A stretch of DNA of 63,594 nucleotides, filler included, from Nemertoderma westbladi (taxonomy: Eukaryota; Animalia; Xenacoelomorpha), in NCBI GenBank assembly GCA_032718475.1. It is 4 parts of 4 records of this genome, joined end to end, with 100 filler letters (N's around TTAATTAATTAA, not from the genome) between each part and the next. Parts side by side here need not be neighbours in the genome. Positions count along the whole stretch, not along the records: positions 17,752 to 37,876 come from JAUCBJ010004503.1; 3 more parts are not named here. One strand, 5' to 3'. How positions within the stretch are numbered: the stretch's first letter is position 1; each line of letters begins with the position of its first letter. The translations under genes were made by a program, and so were the position numbers. The notes below the pieces were generated by a model. It did no database searches. It saw only the letters and a list, made by a program, of their open reading frames with translations, and was not told the DNA's origin. This document shows, one piece after another, positions 24,327 to 36,400 of the stretch.

Positions 24327-26094
24327 CTGACCTACATACCTACCTCTCTACCAGCCTACAGCTGTACGGTAGGCCTACTGCTAATTACAACTTCAGAACT
24401 TACTGACTTAGCTGATTCGGACATCATATGGCAGTACAGCAGTACCGGTATGGCCTATTCAATACAGCAATATCTAACCTAACTAGGGATCGACCGAATT
24501 ATTCGGTTCGGTAGGCCTACCGAATTTTGCCGAATATGGCATATTCGGTTTAGTGGCATATTACTGTACTGCTGTATTCTGGTATTAGTGTTGTATCTTA
24601 TACTGTATACGGTACCTGTAGGCCTATACAACACTATACCTGTATACAACACTATACCTGTATACAACACTATACCTGTCACCTGTATACAACACTGCTG
24701 TATACAACAATTATACCGGTAGCGGTACCGGTACCTGTATAAAACACTTAATACTGTAATAAAGATAAATTTAAACAAATATAAAATCTTCATATATAAA
24801 AAAATTCCAATAAAAAGTCGACCAAAAAGTGAAATCCTGGTAGGCCTATTCTTCACATGGGTGACATTTTTAGCACTCAATCTGGCTGTCTGGACAAAAT
24901 TGCAATTAGGCCTATAGGCCTAGGCCTACTGCAGACTGATTATATATAATCTTAAATTTCGCATGCCTATAAACAGATAAAACAATATACTGTAGGATTG
25001 CATTTTTTCCGGCGAAAAACTAAATTTAAATATTTTTGGTGGAATTTCTTAAATTTGATTACATGTGTTGAAAAAGCATCGACGTAGAAAAAGGTTTGCA
25101 CATAATTTGAGCAAATTGAAAACACTGAAAAGTTATTGCAACTTTAGTATCTGCGCTCTTTGCAGCTTTAGTTATAGGCCTACGTACCCGTACCGGTAAT
25201 AATTATTTGAGAACACTAAATCATTTACTGATTTAACATTGAATAAGGTAAGGAACGATCCAGAGTTGAAGAGTGCAGTAATTTGAATTGCAGTAACTAT
25301 CAGACTATGGACTGATGGAAGCAATATAGTAAAATACTACATCTCAATTTATTTTGTAACACTATACTGCTATAGGCCTTTCGCTCTATTCGTTATTCCA
25401 ATAATTCAAGAATAAAATTACGTCTTACGTATTATGGGAAAAAACATAGAACATTTTTTTTCCAATATTATCTCGATCCTTTATTAACCTCCAGACAGCC
25501 AGACCTCAGTCAGTCGGTGACGCTCGGTAGGCTTAATTAAAATGCCTCGAGAATGGTGAAATAAAGTTCTACTTTTTCTCATGCAATAAGTAATTATTAC
25601 ATTCAGTAATACAGCCATTCCAGCGTAACGGTCGTGACATTCCGCATGGGTTTCCGGTATTAATGAGTATTCTAAGGGCACATGGAAGAATGATATTGAA
25701 AAGATATTACTATGATATGATCCTAAGATATGGACCTTTAATAAAATCGAAACCGCACTGGAATACATTACGTTTTATTGATTGTATTTCAGTTTAAAGT
25801 TGGCGTAACGGTCGAGACTGAAATGGACAAGCTTTTTAGAGACTCCTACACATTATAAATTTCTATCGAATTTACTGTACTTATTTAGCGTTACTTATGT
25901 CAGACTAACATGTTAATAGATAGAGTTTAAAATGAAATTAACAGTATGGCAATATAATATCATTAGAGAATGTGGCAATCAATTAACCAGCGTAACGGTC
26001 GTGACATAGTTTCGTAACGGTTGTGACATTATCGATTTTCACATAAATCTGAATTTCAAAAAATGGTAAGGTATTAGAGTTAGGTATTGCTATC

Positions 26095-27409
26095 GATTTC
26101 AGGCAGGTTTTCTTGTACGCTGATTTTAATGGAAGGCTTTTTACATTCCGCAATTGAACACATCTACCATTTTTGGTGCTAAAATGAAAAGTGCAAGTAA
26201 CCAGCATTTTTCAAATTAATGAAAACAACTAGACTTGTAGGAATGGTGTTTATTTCAATTACATACAAGTTTTCTGGTGCGCTGATTTCAATGGAAGGCT
26301 TTTTAAATTCCGCAGTTGAACACATCTACTTTTTTGGCGCTAAAATGAAAAGTGCAAGTAACAAGTATTTTTCAAATTAGTGAAAACAACTAGACTTGTA
26401 GGAATGGTGTTTATTTCAATTACATACAAGTTTTCTGGTGCGCTGATTTCAATGGAAGGCTTTTTACATTCCGCAGTTTAACACACCTACCATTTTTGGT
26501 GCTAAAATGAAAAGTGCAAGTAACCAGCCAGCCAGCATTTTTAAAATTAGTGAAAACAACTATACAGTAGAATTGTAGGACAGTAGGAATGGTGTTTATT
26601 TCCATTACATACAGATACAGGATTTTTCTGGTATATACGCCGATTTCAATGGAAGGCTTTTGAAATTCCGCAGTTGAACACATCTACGATTTTTGGTGCT
26701 AAAATGAAAAGTGCAAGTAACCAGCATTTTTCAAATTAGTGAAAACAATAAGAATTGTAGGAATGGTATTTATTTCAATTACATAAAGGGTTTCTGGTAC
26801 GCCGATTTCAATGGAAGGCTTTTAAAATTCCACAGTTGAACACATCTACCATTTTTGGTGCTAAAATGAAAAGTGCAAGTAACCAGCATTTTTCAAATTA
26901 GTGAAAACAATAAGAATTGTAGGAATGGTATTTATTTCAATTACAGAAAGGTTTTCTGGTACGCCGATTTCAATGGAAGGCTTTTAAAATTCCGCAGTCA
27001 GGCAGTTGGTGCACCATTTTAGCACCATTTTTGGTGCTAAAATGAAAAGTGCAAATAACCAGCATTTTTAAAATTAGTTGAAACAAGTAGAATTGTAGGA
27101 ATGGTGCTTATTTCAATTACATACAGGTTTTCTGGTACGCCGATTTCAATGGAAGGCTTTTTAAATTCCGCAGTTGAACACATCTACTGACCTACCATTT
27201 TTGGTGCTAAAATGAAAAGTGCAAGTAACCAGCATTTTTCAAATTAGTGAAAACAACTAGAATTGTACGAATGGTGTTTCTTTCTCTATTACATACAGTT
27301 TTTCCTGCTGTTCTGGTACGCCGATTTCAATGGAAGGCTTTTTAAATTCCGCAGTTGACTGGTTGAACATACCTACCATTTTTGGTGCTAAAATGAAAAG
27401 TGCAAGTAA
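26095..27409. repeat. ~161-bp tandem satellite, 8 copies, within a larger element carrying CGTAACGGTYGTGACA motifs (~25600-27950)
   Basis: TGGAAGGCT anchor recurs at ~26130, 26292, 26453, 26649, 26812, 26973, 27150, 27331. Confidence 0.95.
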
Positions 27410-28467
27410 ACTCTTCGTTCGCAAGTAAAATATTCTATGTAGTTATTGTAAGCTGATATTTTGGTTATTATGTGTACTACCTGATTACAGTATAATTATA
27501 ATTACATCCCACTGCAGCGGTGGTATCATAAATGATACAAATTAATTTATACTGTATAATAATGATTCCTAAGGTTTGTGTCACAACCGTTACGGTCATA
27601 AGTGCTGTTATAGCACATTATAGGTTAAGAAGAAACCTTTGTACACCCAATATTACAATTATCACTTTGTGTGGAATCATATTCCAAAATGTAATCTAAA
27701 TGGAGAGTGAAAAGGACGACCTTTCGTTCCTTAAATTATACATGCTATGCTAATATTCCCATTTCCCACATGTTAATGTCACGACCGTTACGCTGATTAC
27801 TACAACTGGAACATACAGTCAAGTTAAACTATATGACTCAAACAATTGATACGAACCACCTAACGATAGATATAAAAGATTATAACCATTACTGCCAGGG
27901 ATCTGGAGATATTGGAAAAACTTGTTCTTCAGCGTAACGGTCGTGACATATTTTCCATCCACTCATTACAATGCTATTAGAAAAATATTTATTAGTTGTA
28001 CATTATTTAACCGACATGGCTAATTACTACATAGATATAAGATTCTGAAAAACATATGGCATTGCCAGTTTGGTAATGATCATGCCATTTTGGTTTGTAT
28101 GTAATTAATGCCAAAAATATTGAATTTTTGGCATTTTTTAAATCACATTTTGCGGACACCTTAAAAAAAATTGGCTAGGGTTATGGAACATTTGAAAATA
28201 GTTTTATGAAGCACAATATGTGTGCTACACACTCAATACAAAAGAAATTCATTTCTAAGTACTTTCATTTTTCACCAAAATGTTTACTTTTGCTTGGAAC
28301 AGTTAAATATTGGTAATTTGCATATGCATAGTGCTGTAGCCCTGTAGTGGACTGTCCAATGTCACTCTGTCCAGCTGTCACCTGTCAGGCCTATGACTGT
28401 ATGAATATATACAATATAGGAATATTTATTATGATATGAATATGAATATAATACACCAAGGTCTGAA

Positions 28468-28750
28468 GGTTCCACCTTGGTGTAGTGGTCGCATTGAATT
28501 CACATCTCCCGTACAGCCGTAGGTCGTGGGTTCGATCCTCACATGGACCAGGGCAGTTTTCGTTTCGGCACGAATGCTTTAAAGGGACCAGCCAGGGCGC
28601 ATCTCTGCCTTGCATAGGCCTAGCTAAATGAGTACTGGAGTTTCCTCTGGGGAGTAAAGTTCTGGGGGGACCGCACTTGAAATAAGTCGTCAGACTTTGT
28701 GCGTAATCCCTGGCAGCCTGGCCTAGCGGCCGAAGAAAATTTACTTTTAC
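28468..28750 (+). mobile_element. tRNA-derived SINE, full length
   Basis: A box TGGTGTAGTGG (28478), B box GGTTCGATCC (28529), central AAATGAGTAC, T-rich tail. Second copy at 31490-31758. Confidence 0.9.
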
Positions 28751-29222
28751 CGGTACTTTATGCTTTAGCCTACTTACTTATATACAAGGATTAGGATCCA
28801 GGCAGTCGGGCACTTTTGCAAATTTGGCATTAGTCCAAATTTGTACTTTTTGATGCCAAATTTAAATTAAGTCCAAATTTGTTCTTTTGTGGGGCAATTA
28901 GCTGATTAGTAAACGACCGCTTAACCGGGCCGGGTTGGGGTGACCCGGAACCGGACCCGGCAAAAAGACGTCGGGTACCGGGTTTTATTAAAATTAAGCA
29001 ATTTGCGTGAATGAGAATGACAAGCCTGTTTGACATACCTATACGTAGGTACCAGTACCAGTACACAAAGTTGCCTAAAGCAGTAGGTAGTCAGGTAGTA
29101 AGTAGTAGCATCTTCTTAGATTTGATATCATTTTCGATCTGTTGGTTTTTTTCAATATTTTTTCTTTTGATATATCATTTTTTTTCGATTTTTTTTATTT
29201 GTATCATTTTTGATATCACAAG

Positions 29223-30036
29223 TGTTGACCCGGACACGGATATTGGGGTTTGGAATAATCCATTTGTTTTAACATTGAATCCCCTTTCTTAATTATAAAA
29301 CCATCGGAAATATCCGCAAATGCCGCACCATTACTGTCTGAAACGCTTCCTACAATCCGTTGTACTGATGTATCTGGATCCGAGCAGCCCAGTTGCATCA
29401 AGGTGTGAATAACGGAGGAATAAATACGGTGTGGTGGGGAGAGTCCGACTTACGTCGACGACTGGACGAATCGACGAGGATTGCGATCTGGGTTTAGCGG
29501 CGGCCCGGATTCTTGGATCGCTTGGGGGAAATGGTTGAACGTTGGGCAGACGTGTATCGCCCGGATTACGTTCTCTGCGACGCGAAAGTGTGAGGCAAAT
29601 TCGTTGGCGAATTGGGTCGGAAGCTGTAAGAATTCTACTGTTCTACGGGAATAAACCGCAGCCGTCCAGCGACTACGGACGGATCGGATACGGGGATAAG
29701 CAGGTATTTCGATCGAGTTACTCGTATTCTCGATGCTCGAGGCGGATAGAGAGTTGGTTGTGTTGGGTGGAGCCGGAGATACAGATACCGATAGCTGGAT
29801 AGCTCTGATCTGTTTATAATTATGTTTTTTTGTTATTGTTATTGATGAAGTAATGAAGCGCTTTATATTGGACATAAAATACCAGGTGGTATTCAAAGAG
29901 ACCACGATAATACTTATTTTATGGATAATAATCATGGTAATTATTGGAGGACTACAGTCGGGGAGGTTTAGTTATTCCTCCCGATTAGCCGATAGTCTTG
30001 TATTTTGTGTTACATTTTTATATTTCTTATACAACA
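29223..30036. mobile_element. Candidate solo LTR
   Basis: ~814-bp CpG-rich non-coding block bounded by TGTTG...CAACA. No target duplication visible (ACAAG vs GGATG). Confidence 0.4.
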
Positions 30037-30239
30037 GGATGTAACCGCCCTTGTCATGTTGTGTAAAGTATTTACAGCCGATATTTTTCTATTATTAACA
30101 ACTGGCTGACTGGACTCTGCTACAGCTAGTGTCATCTGATTATTTAAGCAAATGTTGTTCAATTCTATCAAACATATTAAATATAGGATGGCTTAATCGC
30201 CTGTCCTTATCTGATCTGATCTGACGGTATCTGACACTT

Positions 30240-30360
30240 GTTCCACCTTGGTTCAGAGCCCACCTTGGTGTAGTGGTTATCGTTATATTGAATTCACATC
30301 TCTCGGAGGTTGTGGGTTCAACCAAGGTAGTTTTAGTTTCGGCACGAATGTTATGAAGGG
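30240..30360 (+). mobile_element. Truncated SINE head of the same family
   Basis: CCACCTTGGTGTAGTGG...TTGAATTCACATCTC...GTGGGTTC...GTTTCGGCACGAATG. Confidence 0.8.
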
Positions 30361-31489
30361 TTTAGCGAGGTATGAATACTGGACTTTCTGGCCATCAGCA
30401 TGTGAACCTGTCATGTCAGCTGGTATTCCCCTTAAACCCGCCCGGGGGGGGGGGGGGGTCAATAAAACACCTCCCCCTCTGAAACTAACGATACTAACTA
30501 AAAGACTAACTGAAACGAACTAAAAGGAATTCATATAAAATAAGCTAGAAATTTTAAACTTGTTTTAAGCGGCGAGTGCCAAATTTTGGTGCCGGCCCAT
30601 GTGAAGAATACCGCCCATGTGAAGAATACCAGGATTTCGTTTTTCGGGCGACTTTTTATTGGAATTTTATATATGTAGATTTTTTATTTTTTTTTAATGA
30701 ATCCTTATTTTAAGTGTTTTATGCGCGTGCGCGATGTCCTATATTTTTTGAGGGGATGATCTTGATCAGTCAGTCGGAAGGTTAGTAAGAAGTTGAGTGT
30801 AAACAAAATCTGAGTTTGACTAAATATATATATAATGTAATGTAATAAATCAGTTAAATACAAATGTAATATACTCTCACAATCATAATATACTGTTAAA
30901 TAAATAAATACAAAGTATCGATATTCTCTCTCACTTCAACCTACATTACACATCACGCAATCTCCCTCTCTCCCTTTCTCGTACTCTCTCCCCCCATGTC
31001 ACACTTAATTAAAGGCTCCAATTAAACAACTACAGCTGATTGCTTTCCCAATTAACTTTAACACGATATCACAATCTTCTTACTACTAATAGTACTTAAC
31101 TAATTATGTTTATGCTAATTATTTATCAACCTATTATTGCCACATGGGGGGTGGGTGAATGGGAAGGTGGCTGGATGGTTGTTTATTGTTTTGGTTAGAA
31201 AAGTCAGCCGCGGTAAGGTAACATTTTCCTTTCCCTCAATTGGTTTGGTAGGTAACAAAATCGTTTATTGTTTTGGTTAGAAAACCCTGTCTCTGTAAAC
31301 TGCTCCTTTCCCTCAATTTGTAGGTAACAACGTCGTTTATTGTTTTGGTTAGAAATTGCAGCCGCTGTAACCTGCTCTTTTCCTTCAATTGGAAGGTAAC
31401 AACATCGTTTATTGATTCCCACATTCACATATTCCTTCATCGCCTTCACTCCACTGTATATGCTGGCAATCAGGCAATATGGGGCATTA

Positions 31490-31758
31490 AAAAAAGTAAA
31501 TTTTCTTTGGCCGCTAGGCCAGGGATTACGCACAAAGTCCGACGACTTATTTCCAGTGCGGTCCCCCCGGAACTTTCCTCCCCAGAGGAAACTCCAGTAC
31601 TCATTTAGCTACCACAAGGATGCAAGGCAGAGATGCGCCCTGGCTGGTCCCTTTAAAGCATTCGTGCCGCAACGAAAACTTCCCCCGCCCATGTGAGGAT
31701 GAACCCACGACCTACGGGAGATGTGAATTCTATGCGACCACTACACCAAGGTGGAACC
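31490..31758 (-). mobile_element. tRNA-derived SINE, full length
   Basis: Reverse complement of 28468-28750 over its whole length. Confidence 0.9.
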
Positions 31759-32309
31759 TTTTGTACGGTGTATGTTAAGTGTTTCGCCATATACACAGTA
31801 GAGAGATACCCCTTCCTGCCTTCCCTTTAACGTAACAAACAAACAAATATTTTAAGTGTAATATTTTAATTAATAATATTAATTATAATTATAATTAATA
31901 TAATTAACTTCAAATATTAATTAATGATAACTATTAACGAAAAAGATTTACCAAAATGTTGCAGCAAAGGTTGTATTGTTTTTAATAAATGTTTAATGAT
32001 TCAACACCAACTAAATCTACTAAAGTTGATTACATCTGAAACTATCCATCTTTGCTGGGACAATCACACAACCTTATACCCGCCATCCTTTTAATATATA
32101 ATAACATCCCTTGCCTTGGTGCACTGGATGCATACCGGGATGCCTGTACTGCGACGTCATATGATGATACTGATACGTAACAGGGCAACGTGAAACGTGA
32201 TCCCCTATTCTGCTATTGCAGTATTGGCTATTTACCTAACAGACAGTTTGCGTCCAGTCCCCCCCCCCCCCCCCCTGTCTCTTGATTTCACTAGAAAATA
32301 GAATACATA

Positions 32310-32830
32310 ACATTTTTCTGTTATAATTACTGTAATGGATAAATAATGAATTTATTGTTTATTAAACCGTACAAGCACGTTGAACTGGAGCTCTAACAAT
32401 TCCCCCTAGCGGCAGACAGGAACTGTAAAAGTCTGTCTGTGTGTAGGTTTTCTAATTAAGCAATGCTCGTAGGTTACTACTTTCAGATGAATCTGATGGT
32501 TGATTCTATAATTACAGCTACTTTTTTTTACGTTTCTGTCAATTCGCCCCCTAGCGGCAGACAGATGTATAAAAGTCTGTTTGTGTGTATAATTTCTAAT
32601 TATGCGATGCTCGTAGGTTACTGCTACCAAATTTCAGATAAATCTGGTGGTTGGTTCTATAATTACTGCTATTTTTACGTTTCTGTTAATTCGCCGCCTA
32701 GCGGCAGACAGAGTAACTGTAGAAGTCTTTCTGTGTATAGAATTTTTCAATTTTTGATAGACTACATGTGTACCAAGTTTTGGTTCCATTTCATCCATGA
32801 TTGACCGACTTATTAGCGTTCAAACATTCC
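32310..32830. repeat. Element with ~145-bp internal tandem units (CCCCTAGCGGCAGACAG)
   Basis: Motif at ~32403, 32548, 32694. A related GCCGCTAGAGGGC family occurs at 63350-63594. Confidence 0.7.
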
Positions 32831-33479
32831 TGCCACAAGCATAGCCAGAGGCAGCCACAAACAAATAAAAGCTGCAGGAACTCGAGCGATAATTAATTAT
32901 TAAATACTGTTTCAATTAAATTCTTTACGAAAATCTAGTTATCTCCTTTTAAATATGAACCCTGCATTCGTGGAAAATATAATATTTGAAAATTCAGCAG
33001 TCAGCCTACAAAAATTTTGCAGGCTAGGTCCTTGTCATCGCCTGTTATTTAGATGGCCTTGCCTTTTCCTCACTGTCACAACTTTTAGATTCCCGTGCAC
33101 CATGTCCCCGCCCTTAATACCGGTACTATAGGCTACTAAGCCTACTAACCTGCTATCAATGTACTACTGACTGTCTGATGGATGATATAGTTATAGTTCA
33201 TATCCGTACCTGTGGTATTTTCGTATTGCAGAAATAAGACTAACCTGAGTTATCGTTATTGTTTTGGTTAGAAAAGCCTGCCACTGTAATGTAACCTGCT
33301 CCTTTCCGTTAATTAAGAAATCTAGTTTTACGTATGGTTTTGGTTCGAAAACAGTGCCACTGCAACTGCAACCTGCTCCTTTTCCCACAGGTACGCCTAT
33401 GAAAGATAACCTTTTATTCATATTTTTGATTGATTTGTTTTCATAATCTGATAATTGTTTAACAAACTGACAAATAAAT

Positions 33480-36400
33480 ATGCAGTCAATGAAGAATGTT
33501 GAAAAAAGGTTGTTAACCTTTTGTGATCGGATGGCAGCTGAACATAAGAAGGACAATCCAGTCCCAGTTGTATCTCTTGCAGATTCTACGCAGGATACCG
33601 CCAATAAAAAATCCAAGAAAAAATCTAAAAAAATAAAGAAAAAACGAAAGAAGAAGAAGGAAACATCTTCTAGTTCATCTTCATCGGCTTCAGAATCTGA
33701 AGATATTGCCGAGGTGGTAGAGGAAGACCCTAATGCAAAGTGGATGGACCTATCTGTGCCTCTCAAACCATTGAGCAGTTTTGTTAAATGTCGCGAGGTG
33801 TTACTTGATGAGGCCCTGCAAATGATAACACGTCAACAATTGGAAGCCATGTTGCCGCCTATATTGAAGGATATTCCAATGTTTGAACTGAAAACGCTCT
33901 GTCTCGAACAATTAGAGATTATTAGTTCGAAGCGGATTCAACACATAATGGACGGCCAAGCAATGCTGAGTAGCTCAAGTACTAACAGTTCGGATGACGA
34001 AGTTTCATCAGATTTGGATGACGACATTGTTGATGACGAGGAGGACGATGGAGATGTTGATGCGCAGTTCAGCGATGAGGTAAGAGGAGCTGGGGAGATG
34101 GTGGAATCGTCACCCGATGAGGGTAGCGATGGAGGTTTTGGATACGATCGGGATCCGGTTGCCATTGATACACCGGGAGAAAGCAGCATCGAAAATGACG
34201 AGGTGGAGTGGCGACGAAAAGCTGAAGATTGCGATGGTCCTGATGACGTTGAGGCTCTGATTGAGAGTGAAATACAAAGGCAGATCGCGAAGTATAAGAA
34301 AGGTCTGCCAAATAGTAAGGAAGATGACTCCATTAACTCTGATTCTAGTCGATCTACAGAACGCGGTACCAACATGGAGGATTACCCCGAGTACCTCCAA
34401 CCTATGGACACTTCCGAGGTTATTGAATGCGGCTCAGAAGAGGGCGAAGTTATGACTGATGTGGAAGAGGTTCCTGTTAGTAAACCTCCTCAGCGGAAGG
34501 TCGATAACTCGAAGCCAATCGTTGGAAAGATGCCAAAAATACAAGCTAAGCTGGTGGCAAAGAAACGAGCTGAGAAAGAGAAAGCCAAACTGGAACAGTT
34601 GATGTCAGCCAAGGCTGCGAAAATATCGCCGAAGAAGGCGCTGCTGCAATCAGCAGAGGAGACAATGGCAAAGTTGAATAAGGCGTTGCGTGCTGCCGCT
34701 GCAGTTCCGAAGTTGACTCTGACTTCGGGTGAAAAAATTGGAGGCGGAAAAGAACTGGTTGAGAAAACGGTCAACATAAATGATGGTGCTGATGACGAAG
34801 ATGAATCAGGCAGTGATAGTGTGGACAAAGCTGACGCAGTGCTTGAACAAAGTATAGACAATATCGTAGAGTCATCGGTAAATCTAGTCAACAAAGTAGT
34901 CGTAAAGAAAGGTAAGAAAAAGAAGGTGGATAAACCTCAGCATCGATTTCAGGACATACATGAGTACGAGAATGAAGAAGATTCTACTGACGCTGTGTTC
35001 AACATGGATGTTTCATCTACAGTCGATGAGAACTCTTCTACATGTGGTGTGGAATATGTTTTGGAAGGAGAAGAGCTGAATAAATCGACGGCCGATGGTT
35101 CGGTTGATTCGAGTGTGGAGTCGCAAGGCACAGAGACCGAGTACGTATTAATGTCATCGTCCAGGTCAGCGCCGGGGTCAGGTGAATCTGAGGGGGAGGT
35201 TGAGACCGGCAGACAGTCCATAGGGGTTGTCCTCTCCCAGGAGGTATCTGCAGAACCTGTTGTCCCTCAGGTGTTTGGGGAGTACTTCGACCCCCAAGAT
35301 AATTCCATAGATATTCATTGCGATTCTACAGACGTCGATGGTGACACTGTAGAGATGATTCCATTTACTAAAACCATAACTAATGCAGCGTTGGATTTGG
35401 TTGAGGGCGACGATTTTACCTTGGAGTCAATTTCTATAAGTATAAAAAACGACGCAGTTCAACTAGCTGAACCTATTTCCGCTGTTGCCCAGCTGGTCAA
35501 CGAAACGGAAGCTAATGTTATTGTTAAAAAGGACACCATTCAGTCTCCCTCTATCACTAAGAAAGGTGGTCGTAAACGCGGTAGAGGCTCCCGAAGATCT
35601 GCACAAAAGAAGCCAAAGGAAGTAGAAAAGCAGAATGTTGACGAAACTGATGAATATTCCGGGGCTTTAGATGACCATCCAGATGTTGAACCAAAGATAC
35701 TAGCAAAAACTGACCATAAAGATAAAGAAGATCTGATACAAAATCCTGTAAATGCTATTGTTAATGATAGTAAAGAAGGTAATACAGAGATTGTAGCTGA
35801 TGATGTTGGTAAAGCTATGGATATTGATACGCAAGATATGATTGACCTCAAAACTAGAACGATTACAGAACTTCCTGAAAATGGAGATGCAACTGCTAGT
35901 GGTCAGCGTCCCTCAAAGAGGATGAGACGATCAACTGCCATTAAAACTAGATCCAGTAAGAGAAGACAGTCGATTAGTAATGAGCTAGTCGGTGGTAGTG
36001 ACCCTGTTGTAGATATAGATAAAGTAGCTGCCGTTTCCACTGGAGCTAGTGATGTTCAGGATAAAGAAGTGGAGAGTCCTGCGGTTGAGTCATCTGTATT
36101 GATCATCGACGCTTATGGGAACATTGATTCTCCACAAACAGTCATTCCCCAACCCAAATCAAAATCTACCACAACACCAACCGTAAAGAAAGGTAAAAAA
36201 CTTACTAGAATATCTCGAACAGCGAAACTCGAAGCTCCGTGTGTAGAATCCAGTGCCAGGGCTAACATAACCAATGGATCCACTACCGCTGTTTCCACCC
36301 ACTGCAAACCGATAAATAACGATGAGTTAGTGCAAAGGGACATCGCTGAAAGTGAAGCAATTCTACCGGATCTGACTAAACCACCCAAGACAACTTCGGT

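Noticed and set aside
28468-28545. tRNA gene
   Set aside because: A/B boxes are present but there is no clean cloverleaf, and it is attached to a repeated SINE body.
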